The notes: generated from the letters alone by a model not told the origin. A DNA stretch of 55,930 bases from Octopus bimaculoides (GCF_001194135.2 NC_068987.1:96573545-96629474); one strand, 5' to 3'. Positions 26,640-40,122 are shown, numbered from the stretch's first letter. Program-made: numbers and translations.

Positions 26640-27440
26640 TCTAGACATTTGACTGTGTACACCTCAGAAAGCTCATCACTTCTTTAGAAAATGTCAGTTT
26701 AAAAATACAGGACATCAGAGTTATCTATGATTTATACCTGACCCAAAAGGCAACCATCAACATAGACCAGAAATTGTCAGAACTACCAGAAATCTAAAGA
26801 GTGGCAGAGAGAGAGAGAGAGATGGGGGTCAGAAACATGTAGGGATGGCTATAATAAGTGGGGGCAGGAGGGAGGCTACTGGCAGCAGATATGCCAGGGT
26901 GATGATGCATATCCTGTTCTCAAATGATTATAGCTGTAGTTTGAATAGTGAAGGTATGGGTGTTATGAAAATGAGAGACGATGAAGGCCTGACAAGGACA
27001 GAATAGTTGCAAGAGCAGAACCAAATGAGTATATAGACATAAACAATGCTTTTAGGATTTCATTTTTGTCAAGATGAATGGGTTTCCTTGAGGGCAGTAA
27101 AATGCCAGGCATCTTGGTCCTTTGTCATCTCTTCCATGAGGCTCAACACTTTGAGGTCATCCTTCACTACTTCATTCTATGTCTTCTTGAGTTTCTGTTT
27201 TTCCACAAATTCCATTTATATTAAGCAACTGACACTTCTTTACACAACTATTCTAATCCAGCACAGTCTCTCCTCTTGCAAACTACATATGATTCCTCTT
27301 ATGCCTAATTTTTCTCTCAACACATTTTTACTTTGTTGTACATGCAGTCTGATGCTTACATCCAATGAAGCATAAGCCCATTGTTTTCTCTATGTCTCCA
27401 CAACCCATCTTCCCAACACTCATTCCTCCATCACCCTTCT
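26640..27440. mobile_element. Two short RTE-type LINE remnants (RT fragment on plus about 26640-26790; 3' ORF fragment on minus about 27050-27440)
   Basis: FDCV.....LI....KDIRVI..LY..QKA.I-like RT remnant; the minus fragment resembles the reverse complement of 47250-47600. Confidence 0.55.
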
Positions 27441-27454
27441 AACTACAGCAATTT

Positions 27455-28139
27455 CGGATCTTTTTTAAAACGGGGGCCACATTTTTCATTAATGTTTTAC
27501 GTAGTGTTTTTGGTACCGAAAGACTTTCAAACTTCGTATACTTATCTATTTTGTGTTATAGAACAGAAAAATATTTTTGTATTCGAATTTATTTCATGTA
27601 AAAAAATTGTCTTATTTCGATAATTTCAACCAATCACTGACAAGTATTCAGTTGTTTACATTTACTCCTTTGGCTGATTAAGCCATAGCTTCGTTTTATT
27701 TGCTTTTTTCATTTTAAATTTGCTTTTTTCATTTTCTTTTTTTTTTCTTCGTTTTATTTGCTTTTTTCTTTTTAAATTTGCTGTTTTACCCTAACCCTAA
27801 CCCTAACCCTATCACCGATAGAATTGTTTCAGAATCGTTTGTTTATGTAGTCGGCACTTAATGTATATCGGCTGAATGGACGTCAGTGATTGGTTGAAAT
27901 TACAGAAATACGANNNNNNNNNNNNNNNNNNNNNNNNNNNNNNNNNNNNNNNNNNNNNNNNNNNNNNNNNNNNNNNNNNNNNNNNNNNNNNNNNNNNNNN
28001 NNNNNNNNNNNTAGTCTTCTTAAAAAAAAAAGAAATCCCTAAGAGAAAAAGATATTTTATATGACACATTCTACCAGTGTTCCAAGTTTCAAAGTGTTTC
28101 GTTAATGAAAAATGTGGCCCCCGTTTTAAAAAAGATCCG
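27455..28139. mobile_element. Non-autonomous TIR DNA element with perfect 38-bp TIRs, 6-bp TSD (CAATTT) and internal telomeric repeats
   Basis: CGGATCTTTTTTAAAACGGGGGCCACATTTTTCATTAA at both ends, inverted; CAATTT at 27449-27454 and 28140-28145; (CCCTAA)3 plus CCCTAT at 27789-27812. Confidence 0.9.
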
Positions 28140-28341
28140 CAATTTCTTATCTGCTGTAATTATAATTACATGAGAAATGAGATGCACATATTTCATCCCC
28201 ACACTTTTGTGCTACCAGTTTCCCCTCTCCTTCGAGCCACATCCCCATGATACCCTCCTCGCATTCTCAATATCAACTCACATCACTATTGAATATAATC
28301 TTACATCAGCCACTGACCTCCCCACCACCACTGTTTGTCAT

Positions 28342-28379
<38 letters not shown>

Positions 28380-29407
28380 GTATTTATTCAGTCCAACATA
28401 CCCCTGATCTTCACCCTTGTCACTAAGTACCCCTACCTCTCACCCACATTTCACAGCATCTCTCTATTTATCATTTATATGGGTTTTGCTACAATGCTGT
28501 TCTCCACCCCACTTTGTTTTTTTGCCTTTTTGTACTGCCAATTATCATCTCCACGTCCCTGACCTTAGCCCTTCCCCTGTTTGCTGCTCACTGCATCATA
28601 TATATCACTATATTTCTTATCTCTAATCATATATCACTAACCTCACACTCCTGTGAACTTTCCTGTTAATCAGCCTCTATCACTATCACCTGTTCTTCTG
28701 CACCCCCACCCCCATACTACTCACATTCACCCGCTTGCACCATGATAATACAGCCTGACACCTCATCACCTTCTCTCCATTTTCAGTTATGTGTAAGTAC
28801 TTGTGCATGCCCTTGTCTAGACATCACGTCATGCATCCGTCAAACAAGTAAATTGAGGTTGCTTGTTTCCAGTCTTTCATAAAAAAAAACATGTCTAGCT
28901 ATGAGAAAATATTACCTTGCTTGAAAACAGGTGTGAGGGTTGGTGACAGGAAGTAGAAAATCCGTCTCATCAAAATTCCATATGACCCGTGGAAGAATGT
29001 AAAAGCTATATATCTATCTATATATGTATTCTTATTTATTTTTTGCTTGTTTCGGTCAATAGTGAACAGCCGAACTGGGGCATTACCTTGGGGAATTGTT
29101 AGTCAAACTTATCAACACCATCATTTATTTTTTTTTTAAGCCTGGTTCTTATTCTATCAGTCCCTTTTGCCAAACCACTACGTTATAGGGCTGTAGCCAC
29201 ACCAATACCAGTTGGCAAGTGGTGATGGGGGACAAACACATCGCTCTCTCCCTCTGTACATATATATGTGTATATATATATATATATACGTGTGTGTGTG
29301 TGTGTGTGTATCTGCATATATATANNNNNNNNNNNNNNNNNNNNNNNNNNNNNNNNNNNNNNNNNNNNNNNNNNNNNNNNNNNNNNNNNNNNNNNNNNNN
29401 NNNNNNN

Positions 29408-29440
<33 letters not shown>

Positions 29441-29542
29441 GTGTATCTGTATATATATAGAGAGAGAGATTTAGGTGAATATGGTACTTAAGTTGAAGTA
29501 CCAGAATTTAGTATAGTATTATCCATACAATTTCAAAGTAAG

Positions 29543-29763
29543 ATATTCTATAATTATAAACATAATTATAATCAGGGGTCAGCTTTGCCATGCATCGAAT
29601 TTAGAAATAGGAGTTAAAATGCCTTTTCTGCTACCATAAAGATCTTCCAGACAGTAACACACTTTTTTACATAGGCAAAAAGAAAAAATAATGAATCCAC
29701 ATGGTGTGTGACAAAGTAATTAGCTGACCCTTGATTATAATTATATTTATAATTATAGAATAT
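29543..29763. mobile_element. MITE/foldback with 42-bp near-perfect TIRs
   Basis: ATATTCTATAATTATAAA(C/T)ATAATTATAATCA(G/A)GGGTCAGCT at 29543 and inverted at 29722-29763. Confidence 0.8.
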
Positions 29764-30233
29764 TTGTATGATTTTACCTAAAAAGGTTATTTTAACATAC
29801 TGAACTACTTGATAAAATTATTAATTATTAATTAATTAATTTTACCCTTTTATTATTATTGATATATATATATATATACAAGTTTCATTCAGCTTTCTAC
29901 CAAATCCACTCACAAGGCTTTGGTTGGCCTGAGGTTGTAATAGAAGATGCTTCTACTTCTATCCAAGGTACTATGCAGTTGGACTGAATTCAGAACCATG
30001 TGGTTGGAAAGCAAACATCTTACCACACAGCCGCGCCTGTACCTACGCACACACATAAATGTATGTGTGTATACATACATATATATACATGCATATACAG
30101 AGACATAAATGTGTGTGTATACATATATAGAGACATAAATGTATGTGAAAACATATAGATATCAATGTACGCGGGTATACATATAAATGTAAGCATGTAT
30201 ACATATGTATATATATATATATACATACATATA

Positions 30234-30298
<65 letters not shown>

Positions 30299-31239
30299 TT
30301 TTACTTGTTTCTGTCATTTGCTGAACTGCCAAGTTACAGGGATGTAATCACACCAACATCAGTTGTCAAGCATTGGTGGGGGTATAAATACAAACACGAC
30401 ACAAATAAATACATNNNNNNNNNNNNNNNNNNNNNNNNNNNNNNNNNNNNNNNNNNNNNNNNNNNNNNNNNNNNNNNNNNNNNNNNNNNNNNNNNNNNNN
30501 NNNNNNNNNNNNNNNNNNNNNNNNNNNNNNNNNNNNNNNNNNNNNNNNNNNNNNNNNNNNNNNNNNNNNNNNNNNNNNNNNNNNNNNNNNNNNNNNNNNN
30601 NNNNNNNNNNNNNNNNNNNNNNNNNNNNNNNNNNNNNNNNNNNNNNNNNNNNNNNNNNNNNNNNNNNNNNNNNNNNNNNNNNNNNNNNNNNNNNNNNNNN
30701 NNNNNNNNNNNNNNNNNNNNNNNNNNNNNNNNNNNNNNNNNNNNNNNNNNNNNNNNNNNNNNNNNNNNNNNNNNNNNNNNNNNNNNNNNNNNNNNNNNNN
30801 NNNNNNNNNNNNNNNNNNNNNNNNNNNNNNNNNNNNNNNNNNNNNNNNNNNNNNNNNNNNNNNNNNNNNNNNNNNNNNNNNNNNNNNNNNNNNNNNNNNN
30901 NNNNNNNNNNNNNNNNNNNNNNNNNNNNNNNNNNNNNNNNNNNNNNNNNNNNNNNNNNNNNNNNNNNNNNNNNNNNNNNNNNNNNNNNNNNNNNNNNNNN
31001 NNNNNNNNNNNNNNNNNNNNNNNNNNNNNNNNNNNNNNNNNNNNNNNNNNNNNNNNNNNNNNNNNNNNNNTATACATATATATATATATATATACACACA
31101 GCAGACTTCTTTCAGTTTCGGTCTACCAAATCCACTCACAAGGCTTTGGTCAGCCCAAGGTGCCACTCAGTGGGATTGAACTAGGAACCATATAGTTGAG
31201 AAGCAAGCTTCTTACAACACAGCCACGCCTGTGCCTATA

Positions 31240-31323
<84 letters not shown>

Positions 31324-31368
31324 AATGTATGTGTGTATACACATATATACACATATGTAGTGAGAGAC

Positions 31369-31691
31369 ATGATGCAAATAAACAAATCGAACCACATGGG
31401 CTAGAGATATAAAATATACATACATATATTCATGTAAATAGAGAGAAACAAAGAGTGAATATCTTCAGACAATGAACCTTCTTGTATAAATATATAGATA
31501 TTTATATCTTAACAGCAGATTTGGAGTACAAAGAAACAGAAAACTCTGTGTAAATCTGTTCCGTTAATATATAAATATCTATTTGTTGTCTGAATACCTT
31601 CATTCTTTGTCTCTCTCTATTTACATGTATATATGTATATATATTTTATATGTATCTAACCCATGTGGTTTCATTTGTTTATTTGCATCAT
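31369..31691. repeat. Long inverted repeat (arms about 150 and 140 bp, loop about 29 nt)
   Basis: atgatgcaaataaacaaat..aaccacatggg...catgtaaatagagaga.acaaaga.tgaa...ttcagacaa...atagatatttatat.ttaac...agattt pairs with its reverse complement at 31552-31691. Confidence 0.85.
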
Positions 31692-33227
31692 TATTTCCAT
31701 CTCTGCTCACCTGGATTCCTCTTATAGCCACACTTTACCCTTCCAGGATTACACCTTCATAAAGGTTTTAAAGTCTAAGTTAAAATCATTTGTGCATTAT
31801 TAAGTGTTTTCTATGCTGAGCATCTTTGGGTCTCATCTGTTGACTCTATACAATATATATATATACTTATATTCTTTTACTTATTTCAGACATTTGATTG
31901 CAACCATGCTGGAGTACTGCCTTTAAAGGGCTTTATATTCAAAGAAATTAGCCCCTGGACTTATTCTTCGTAAGCCTAGTACTTATTCTCTCAGTCTCTT
32001 TTGCCATACATCGGTTGTCAAGTGATGCTGTGGAGACAAACAACGACACAAAGACACATAAATGCATACGCATACATACAGTGGCAGGCTGTCCAGGTTG
32101 CCAGCTTGCCCGATGGCAAGTGGGCCCTTGCGCCATTAGAATCCATATATGGCGGTCCATGTTAGTATCTAAGGGGCTCATCCCTTCAAGTTTCAGAATT
32201 TTTTTATTCACTTCTGGAAGAATGCATCAAATATTTCAGCCTGGCTGTGTTTGTAGACAGTTGAAAAGAATACTTTTAACAAGAAAAAAAAAGAAAAATA
32301 AATAATTACATTGTAATTGCAGATGGGTNNNNNNNNNNNNNNNNNNNNNNNNNNNNNNNNNNNNNNNNNNNNNNNNNNNNNNNNNNNNNNNNNNNNNNNN
32401 NNNNNNNNNNNNNNNNNNNNNNNNNNNNNNNNNNNNNNNNNNNNNNNNNNNNNNNNNNNNNNNNNNNACACACACACACACACACACACACAATGGGCTT
32501 CTTTCAATTTTCATCTACCTAATCCCATTCACAAGGCTTTGGTTGTAGAAGACACTTGTTCAAGGACTGAACCTGAAACCATGTTGTTGGGAAGCAAGTT
32601 TGCTACCACACAGTCATGCTTGTGTGACTGAGAAGACCCGGCAAATAAAGTGAGTTCACAGCTGTAACCTACACCAGCATCGCCATAAGCAGCCCACTCA
32701 AAAGTACCTTGGATCATAGGGTGACATGCCGTGCTTGAGGAGACCTATTTAGTCAAGTACATCTACATCTACATCAAAATCAAATCAAATCAAATCAAAT
32801 TACAATCAAATTGAAATTGTAGTTGTGCCTCTCGTGCTGGTAGCACGCAAAAAGCACCATCCGATTGTGGTCGATGCCAGCTCCTCTGACCCCTGTGCCG
32901 GTGGCATGTAAAAAGCACCCACTACACTCTCAGGGTGGTTGGTGTTGGGAAAAGCATCCAGCTGTAGAAACACTGCCAGATCAGATTGGGGCCTGTTGCA
33001 GCCTCCTGGCTTCCCAGACCCCAGTCAAACTGTCCAACCCATGCCAGCATGGAAAACGGACGCTAAATGATGATGATGATATACACACTCATGTATGTGT
33101 GTATACATATATACATGTATTTGTTTGCACATATATATAACATGGAAAACTGACTTACAGTATTTGCAGTCTCCCATGTCAGCATGGAAGACAGATGTTA
33201 AATGATGATAATGATGTGTGTGCAGGA

Positions 33228-33280
<53 letters not shown>

Positions 33281-33283
<3 letters not shown>

Positions 33284-34149
33284 GGTGTGATGGGTAAACT
33301 GTTGCCATTTCATATTTTTGATTTTGCACATGTGTATTGTTTATTTTTGATTTTGTCAACTACACAGTACAGTAGGGTCAGTTGGGCACCATCAGTGAGA
33401 AAAACTGCACCATGACGTAATTCACTCTGCTAGAAATTTGGAAAAGACATGCTGTACTGCTTGGCATTCATGCCGGAAGCATCAATACAAACATTTCAGA
33501 GTGTGTGGGTGTCAATCTGAGGACATGTACTGAAAATGATAAAGATCAAACATCCAGTCAACATCATGGTGTTTGGAGTGATCACTAGTGATGATGAAGT
33601 TATGCCTCCATTTATCTTCCCACATGGCCTCAGACTCAACATGGAGGCCTACAACAAGTGCCTGGAGAAGGTAGTGCTACCCTGGGTCAAGAGGGTAGCT
33701 GCTGGAAGACCCTATGTCTGGCAACAGGACTCTGCACCATGCCACACAAGCAGGAGAACCCAGTCGTAGCTGTCAAACAATTTCTGCAACCACATCACCC
33801 CTAACATCTGGCCAATTACTCTCCAGATTGCAACCCCCTTGATTATTATACGTGGGGCGTAGTTGAGTGAAAGATCAACAAAACTCCTTGTAACACCAAA
33901 GATGAACTGAAGGTGAGGATTATGGTAGCATTCACCAACTTAAACAAGAAGACCGTCCAGAAGAGTTGCAGGAGATTCCAAAGTCATCTGGAGGCCGTGG
34001 TTGAAGCCAATGGTGCTTTTATTGAATAAATTTACTTTTTAGTATTTCAAGATATTTTTATGTAATTTTCGTATATATATCTGTTAAAATGAGACGTCAG
34101 TGTTATTTTCATTATTGCGTAATTTAGACAGTTTATTGACCACACACTG
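33281..34149 (+). mobile_element. Internally deleted DD37D (maT-type) Tc1/mariner element, a second subfamily
   Basis: TA-CAG...CTG-TA ends with imperfect TIRs; KHPVNIMVFGVITSD..VMPPFIFPHGLRLN...PYVWQQDSAPCH...PDCNPLDYY; most of the N-terminal transposase is deleted. Confidence 0.88.
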
Positions 34150-34864
34150 TATATATATGTATGTATATGCATACATTAGAAGAACTTTTTTGACTATAAG
34201 GACTTAATGAGGTACAATAAGATTCAAAGACCATTTATGGAGGGGGGACTTACAATGGCACAGCGTGGGACCGACACATAACAATAAGGCTGGGGAGTAG
34301 ACAGGAGGGCACGAGGGTGAATGACATTATGCAAAACATAATTGGAGGAATTAAATATTCATAAACATGTAAATATTTACACAGAGTAAATATAAATAGT
34401 ATTATGTAACACACTATAGCTAAAATGAAGTAACTATTTAATGATTTCAATGATAATGAAGAGATAAGAAAAAGCCTAACTTTTCTGGAGATTCCTTGAC
34501 TGATTTTTGTGATGTACTTGGTGTTCATGTTTTGCACTGGTGTGATTGTACATGTGTAGTTCCATCAGGCCAGTCCTGGTGAAGCAGACTTATGACCAAA
34601 GCCACTGCAGCTTGTGACTCCCCTTGTGTTATTCAGACAGCATACAAATAGGACTACATTACCTCATGAGTTCTTCCTTCTTTAAGATGGTAATATGCTA
34701 AGATTTGAGAGAAATTTGGCTACTGTTTCTAGCAGATACTAGTGTGTTATACATGTAATGTTAGTCTTGTACTGCTGTTCTGTTAATGTGTAGTTATATA
34801 TACAACACTTGTTCTAGTGTAGTACATGAAGTGTACTAATGGCGTTCTGATCTAGTTTCAGATA

Positions 34865-34866
<2 letters not shown>

Positions 34867-34898
<32 letters not shown>

Positions 34899-36421
34899 GG
34901 CAGTGAGCTGGCAGAATCATTAGCATGCCAGGCAAAATGCTTAGCGGCATTTCATCCATCTTCATGTTCTGCATTTAAGTGCCGCCAAGGTTGTCTTTGC
35001 CATTTATCCCTTTGAGATCAATAAAATAAGTACCAGTTAAGCAAAGGGGTCAATTTGATTGGCTTAGACCCTCACCCACCAGATTACTGGCAATGTACTG
35101 AAACTTGAAACCATTATTATTATTATTATCATCATTATTAAGGTGAGCTGGCAGAATCGCTGGCATGCCAGGCGAAATACTTAGTAGTATTTTGTCTGCT
35201 GCTATGTTCTGAGTTCAAATTCCGAAAAGGTTGACTTTGCCTTTCATCCTTTCGGGGGTTGATAAATTAAGTACCAGTGGTGTACTGGGATAAATCTAAT
35301 CGATTAGCCCCCTCCCCCAAAATTTCAGGCTTTGTGCCTATAATAGAAAGGATTATTGTTATTATTATTAAGGCGGCATGCTGGCAGAATCGTTAGCACG
35401 CTGGACGTATTGCTTAGTGGTATTTCACCCATCACTATGTTCTGAGTTCAAATTCCACCAAGGTCGACTTTGCCTTTCATCCTTTCGGGGTCGATAAATT
35501 AAGTACGAATGAAACACGGGTCGATGTAATTGACTAGTTGGCCCTTAGGGCCAATAAAGAAAGTTTTATTATTATTGTTCAGTAGTTTTATTTTTATAAC
35601 GTGCTTTCACTTCACCACTGAGGGCAGCTCTGTGTGCCTTGGGTATGTGCTGTGGTTTGCTGTGGTGCTCTTATGTTTACTGTATAGGAAGTGTTTTGCG
35701 TAGAATGTGTGCGATTTTCTGTATGTTATATATATTTGTAAGTCCTGGTGTTTTTGTTATGTATTTGTCTGAATATTTTTTTATTATACCTAAGGCACCT
35801 ACTATGATAGGAATTGTTTCTGTTTTTAGATTCCACATTCGAGTTATCTCTATTTCCAGGTCTTTGTATTTTGAAAGTTTTTACATTTCTTTTAGGGAAA
35901 CGTTGTCATCTGCTGGTATTGATACATCAATTAGAAAGCATTTTTTTTCTTCATGAACTTTGACAACTATATCTGGTCTATTTGCCTTAATTTCTCTATC
36001 TGTGTGTATTGGCATAGCTTCCAGTGTATGTAGGTCCTGGCAGTGAGCTGGCAGAATTGTTGGCATGCCAGACAAGTGCTTAGCAGTATTTTGTCTGTCT
36101 ATGTTCTGAATTCAAATTCCATTGAGGTTGACTCTGCCTGTCAGCCTTTGTTGATGAAATAAGTACCTGTTGAGCACTGGGGCTGATGTAATTGACTAAC
36201 CCCTCCCCTAAAAAAAATTTCAGTCCTTGTGCCTATAGTGTTATTATTATGTGGCATTTGACTTTCCAATGATGTTGACTTTGGTTTCATATTTGGGGTA
36301 TCAATAAAAAAAGCACCAGTTAAACACTGATATCAATATAGTCAACTAGGCTCCCTCCCACAAAATTTCAAGTCTTGTGCTTGTGTCTATAGTAAAAAGG
36401 AATATTATTATTATTATTAAT

Positions 36422-36453
<32 letters not shown>

Positions 36454-37660
36454 ATTATTAAAGAGGTGAGCTGGCAGAATCGTTAGCATATCAGACAAAA
36501 TGATTAACAGCATTTCTTCCAGCACTTTGCATTCTGAGTTCAAATCCCACTGAGGTCAAGTTTGCCTTTTGCCCTTTCAGGGTCAATAAAGTAAAGCACC
36601 AGTTATGTACTGGGGTCAATATAATCAACTTACCCACTCCCCTCAAAATTCCTGGCCTTGTGCTAAAATTAGAAACAATTATTATAATTGTTAGCAAGGG
36701 TGATGAATTGACAGAATCGTTAGTATTGGAAAAAATGCTTTGTGGTATTTCTTCTGACTGTTTATGAGCTTTGGTTCAAATCCTGCTGATGTCAACATTG
36801 CCTTTCATTCCACCAGGGTCAATAAAATAAAGTCCCATTCAAGTACTGGGATCAATAGTATAGACTAACTCTCTTCCCTCAAAATTTCTGGCCTTTTGCC
36901 TAAATTGGATACAATTAATATTATTAGCATTGATTGTTCCTGAAGGATGGGTCTCTAAATTCATTTGTACCAGACTACTAGTATAAAGAATTCTAACATA
37001 AGCACAGGGCCATACATTTTGAGGAAACAAATTGTTGATTATGTTCTCCCCTACACCAGTAATTAACTAGTGCTTGTTTCATGAACCATGTAGACACACA
37101 ATACTTGTTTAGGTATCACGAGTATGATACTAATTACATCACAATACGAATGTGCAAAACCTATAAAAGAGTCAAGTTTTTAGTTTGTCTTTATTTTATT
37201 ATTGTTATTAGAAACATCATTCGTCCATTAAAAAAAAATGCCTTATACCATTTGTTCCAACTCTATGTTCTGAGTTCAAATCCGACCAAAGTCAACTTGA
37301 CCTTTCCTCCTTCCAGGATCAATAAAGAACCAGTCGAGTACTTGGGTCGATGTCATCGACTAACCCATTCCTCCAAAATGGCTGGCCTTATGCCAAAATC
37401 AGAAACAAAGGAAGTGAGTTGGCAGAATCATCAGAGCACTAAAAAAAAATGTCCTGTGGTATTCCTTCCATCTCTTTACATTCTGTGTTCAAATCCTCCC
37501 ACAGTCAGCTGTGCCTTTCCTCCCTCTAATATCAATAAAATAAAAGGACAAGATAAGTAGTTGAGTTGATGTAATGAACTAACCTTTCCCACTAAAATTG
37601 ATGGTATTGTGCATAAATTTGAAAGCATTATTGTTATTATTATTATTATTATTATTATCA
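34867..37660 (+). repeat. Cluster of about 9 same-orientation tRNA-derived (Meta-domain-like) SINE copies, mostly separated by (ATT)n
   Basis: Copies start near 34899, 35141, 35371, 36038, 36255 (partial), 36461, 36697, 37255 (partial) and 37410. Confidence 0.8.
35565..36032 (-). mobile_element. R4/Dong-like LINE 3' fragment (REL endonuclease)
   Basis: MPIHTDREIKANRPDIVVKVHEEKKCFLIDVSIPADDNVSLKEM is a PD-(D/E)xK-type endonuclease core; 3' end has an (AAT)n tail. Confidence 0.85.
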
Positions 37661-38665
37661 TTAATTTTGTTAAGGAACATTTATGTTGATTTTCATGTTA
37701 TCATTATCATTGGTGAGGATGTATTACTTCCTGTTACTTCAACAATGTTTCTTCTCCTGCAGAAATATTGGCACAAAATATTGGCAACAGCAGCAACAAC
37801 AATAACAATGACAACGACATCAACAACAACAACATACCCCCAAAATATAGATGCAATGCTGTGATGGAGAAGAAAGAAATACAAATTCTTATATCGCCTT
37901 TTCTTAACTCACCTACACACACACACACACACACAGATACATACACACACTCATACACATACATTTTCTCTCACTCATCGTACATTTAGATTTGGATCTG
38001 GAATTTGCAATCAATTATTTTGGATAATAGTCAAAGAATTTCTATGTTTACACTCTTAGATTTATTCTTCAACAATATGGCACAGGGAAGAACAGGAAAT
38101 ATATAAAAAAAATACCAACAAAATATATGCATATGTATGTGCATATATAGAGAATTTCTTATATCTTTTTTATCTATGTCTAGCCGAGAAGAATAAGAGA
38201 GTGTATGTATGCACACACATATCCAAAGAAAAATATCAATAACGGCAACAGGCTGTCTTGAAATATGTGCTAGACATAGTTACACATTTCACCACTGATA
38301 CAGAAAACACACAGACAACAAGCTATCTTGCCAACAAGATGGATAGCTAAGTAGCTAACTAGCCAGCCTTGCAGAATATTAAAAGCTCACCATGATATAG
38401 TCAATTATTATAGAGTACTAAGTCATCTTATATCATCACGCCATAATACCAGTTAAATTGGCTTCAATGACTATTAGTAGTATTCGTGGTAACAATAAAA
38501 TTATTGATAAAGGAATGTTAAAACAAAAAAATTTAGATCTTTCTTTATGTACACAAATACACACACGGGTAACGACTTTAAAATGTGTGTGCGTATGTAT
38601 GTGTGATCTTTTTAAATGTTTTCCATTATATTTTGCATATATGTGTGCTTGTGTAAGTGTATAAT

Positions 38666-38704
<39 letters not shown>

Positions 38705-38859
38705 NNNNNNNNNNNNNNNNNNNNNNNNNNNNNNNNNNNNNNNNNNNNNNNNNNNNNNNNNNNNNNNNNNNNNNNNNNNNNNNNNNNNNNNNNNNNNNNN
38801 NNNNNNNNNNNNNNNNNNNNNNNNNNNNNNNNNNNNNNNNNNNNNNNNNNNNNNNNNNN

Positions 38860-38909
<50 letters not shown>

Positions 38910-40122
38910 AACATCTATCAGCTTTGTGAAGATTTATACATCTAGCTATGGATGGGTTAGTCATCTCTGCCATTTAAGATGGTGGCTGGTGATTTAAATG
39001 TGGTGATCAATGCAGCAAACATAAACAACAACAACAATTACCTTGCAGGACAACAAAACACAAAACATAAAAAAAAACATAGTAACAAGGGAGCATCTAC
39101 ATGGTAGCCCAATTTGCTAGATATAGCAGCCAAATTATCATCAAATCGTACAGTACTGACTTAAAAATTGAAGGACATATTGAGTAATGTTGTCCTGGTT
39201 ACTACATATCCTGAAGAGAAATAGCATGTTCATGGGTAGAACAGTTTAGATGTAATGGTCTACCCAGTGAGTCGAGTCTACCCAATGTTAAACAACAGCA
39301 GGCAACATCATTTTCTTTACAATTGGAGAAAATGGCAACATAACAAGACAAATTGACTTAGGTAGATTAGTAATTAAATGATGATAATGGTGTCAATGGT
39401 GGTAATATTAAGATTAGCTCATTAGGCAATGTATAAAATATTAGTCTATGTATTAGGGTGGCAGTGGACCGAGTGGAAAATAAGATTACACAAGGGGAGG
39501 GAAGGAAGGAACAGAGTGTAATTTTTCTTCATGTGTGTATAAAACATATTGTGTGCATGTGTGTGCGTATGTATGGACAGTCTTCATCACTAAATATAAG
39601 TATATGATTTCCTTGTGGTAAGTGTATGTGAATGAGTTTATATGTACAGTGTATGTGAATGTAGGGATGGACAAGTGGTTATGAAGTTTGCTTCAAAATC
39701 ATAAGGTCTCAGGTTCAATCTCATTGTGTGACATCTTTGGATGAGTGTTTTTTTTTCTTTTTTTCTTTTTTTTTTTTTTGTCTACAGCCTCGTGTTGACT
39801 GAAGTTTCATGAATGAAAGTGGGTGGACGGAAATTCTGAAGCCCCATCAGGCAGACTGCATTCGTAATTCAAAGTCTGTGGAATACTCAGCCACTGTAAT
39901 TCAATGAGTAGTCAATTTAATTGATCAAACAACTCATTGAAATACCCAGTGTTCAAAGTGACGGAGTCCATTCACTTTTATACACAATATGAATGAATGT
40001 GCAGGAGTATGTATGCATATACATATATATACACACACATACATACATAAATGTATGTATATATCAATGTATGTATGCATGCATGTGTGAGGTGTTGTAT
40101 GACTAGGTAATCTTATATGAGT

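Noticed and set aside
27789-27812. True telomere or chromosome-fusion scar
   Set aside because: Only about 4 units and enclosed within a TIR element with a TSD.
30233-31195. Long ORFs of 240-320 aa (also 13131-13667, 32208-32631, 38612-38973)
   Set aside because: Artefacts of reading through N-gaps.
34867-37660. CRISPR-like repeat-spacer array
   Set aside because: Eukaryotic SINE copies of about 210 bp with microsatellite linkers; no short constant repeats or cas genes.
38385-38393. ATG|GTGAGC initiator-only first exon on the minus strand
   Set aside because: Phase 0; splicing to the RUN exon gives MDETHGL*, not the RUFY frame.
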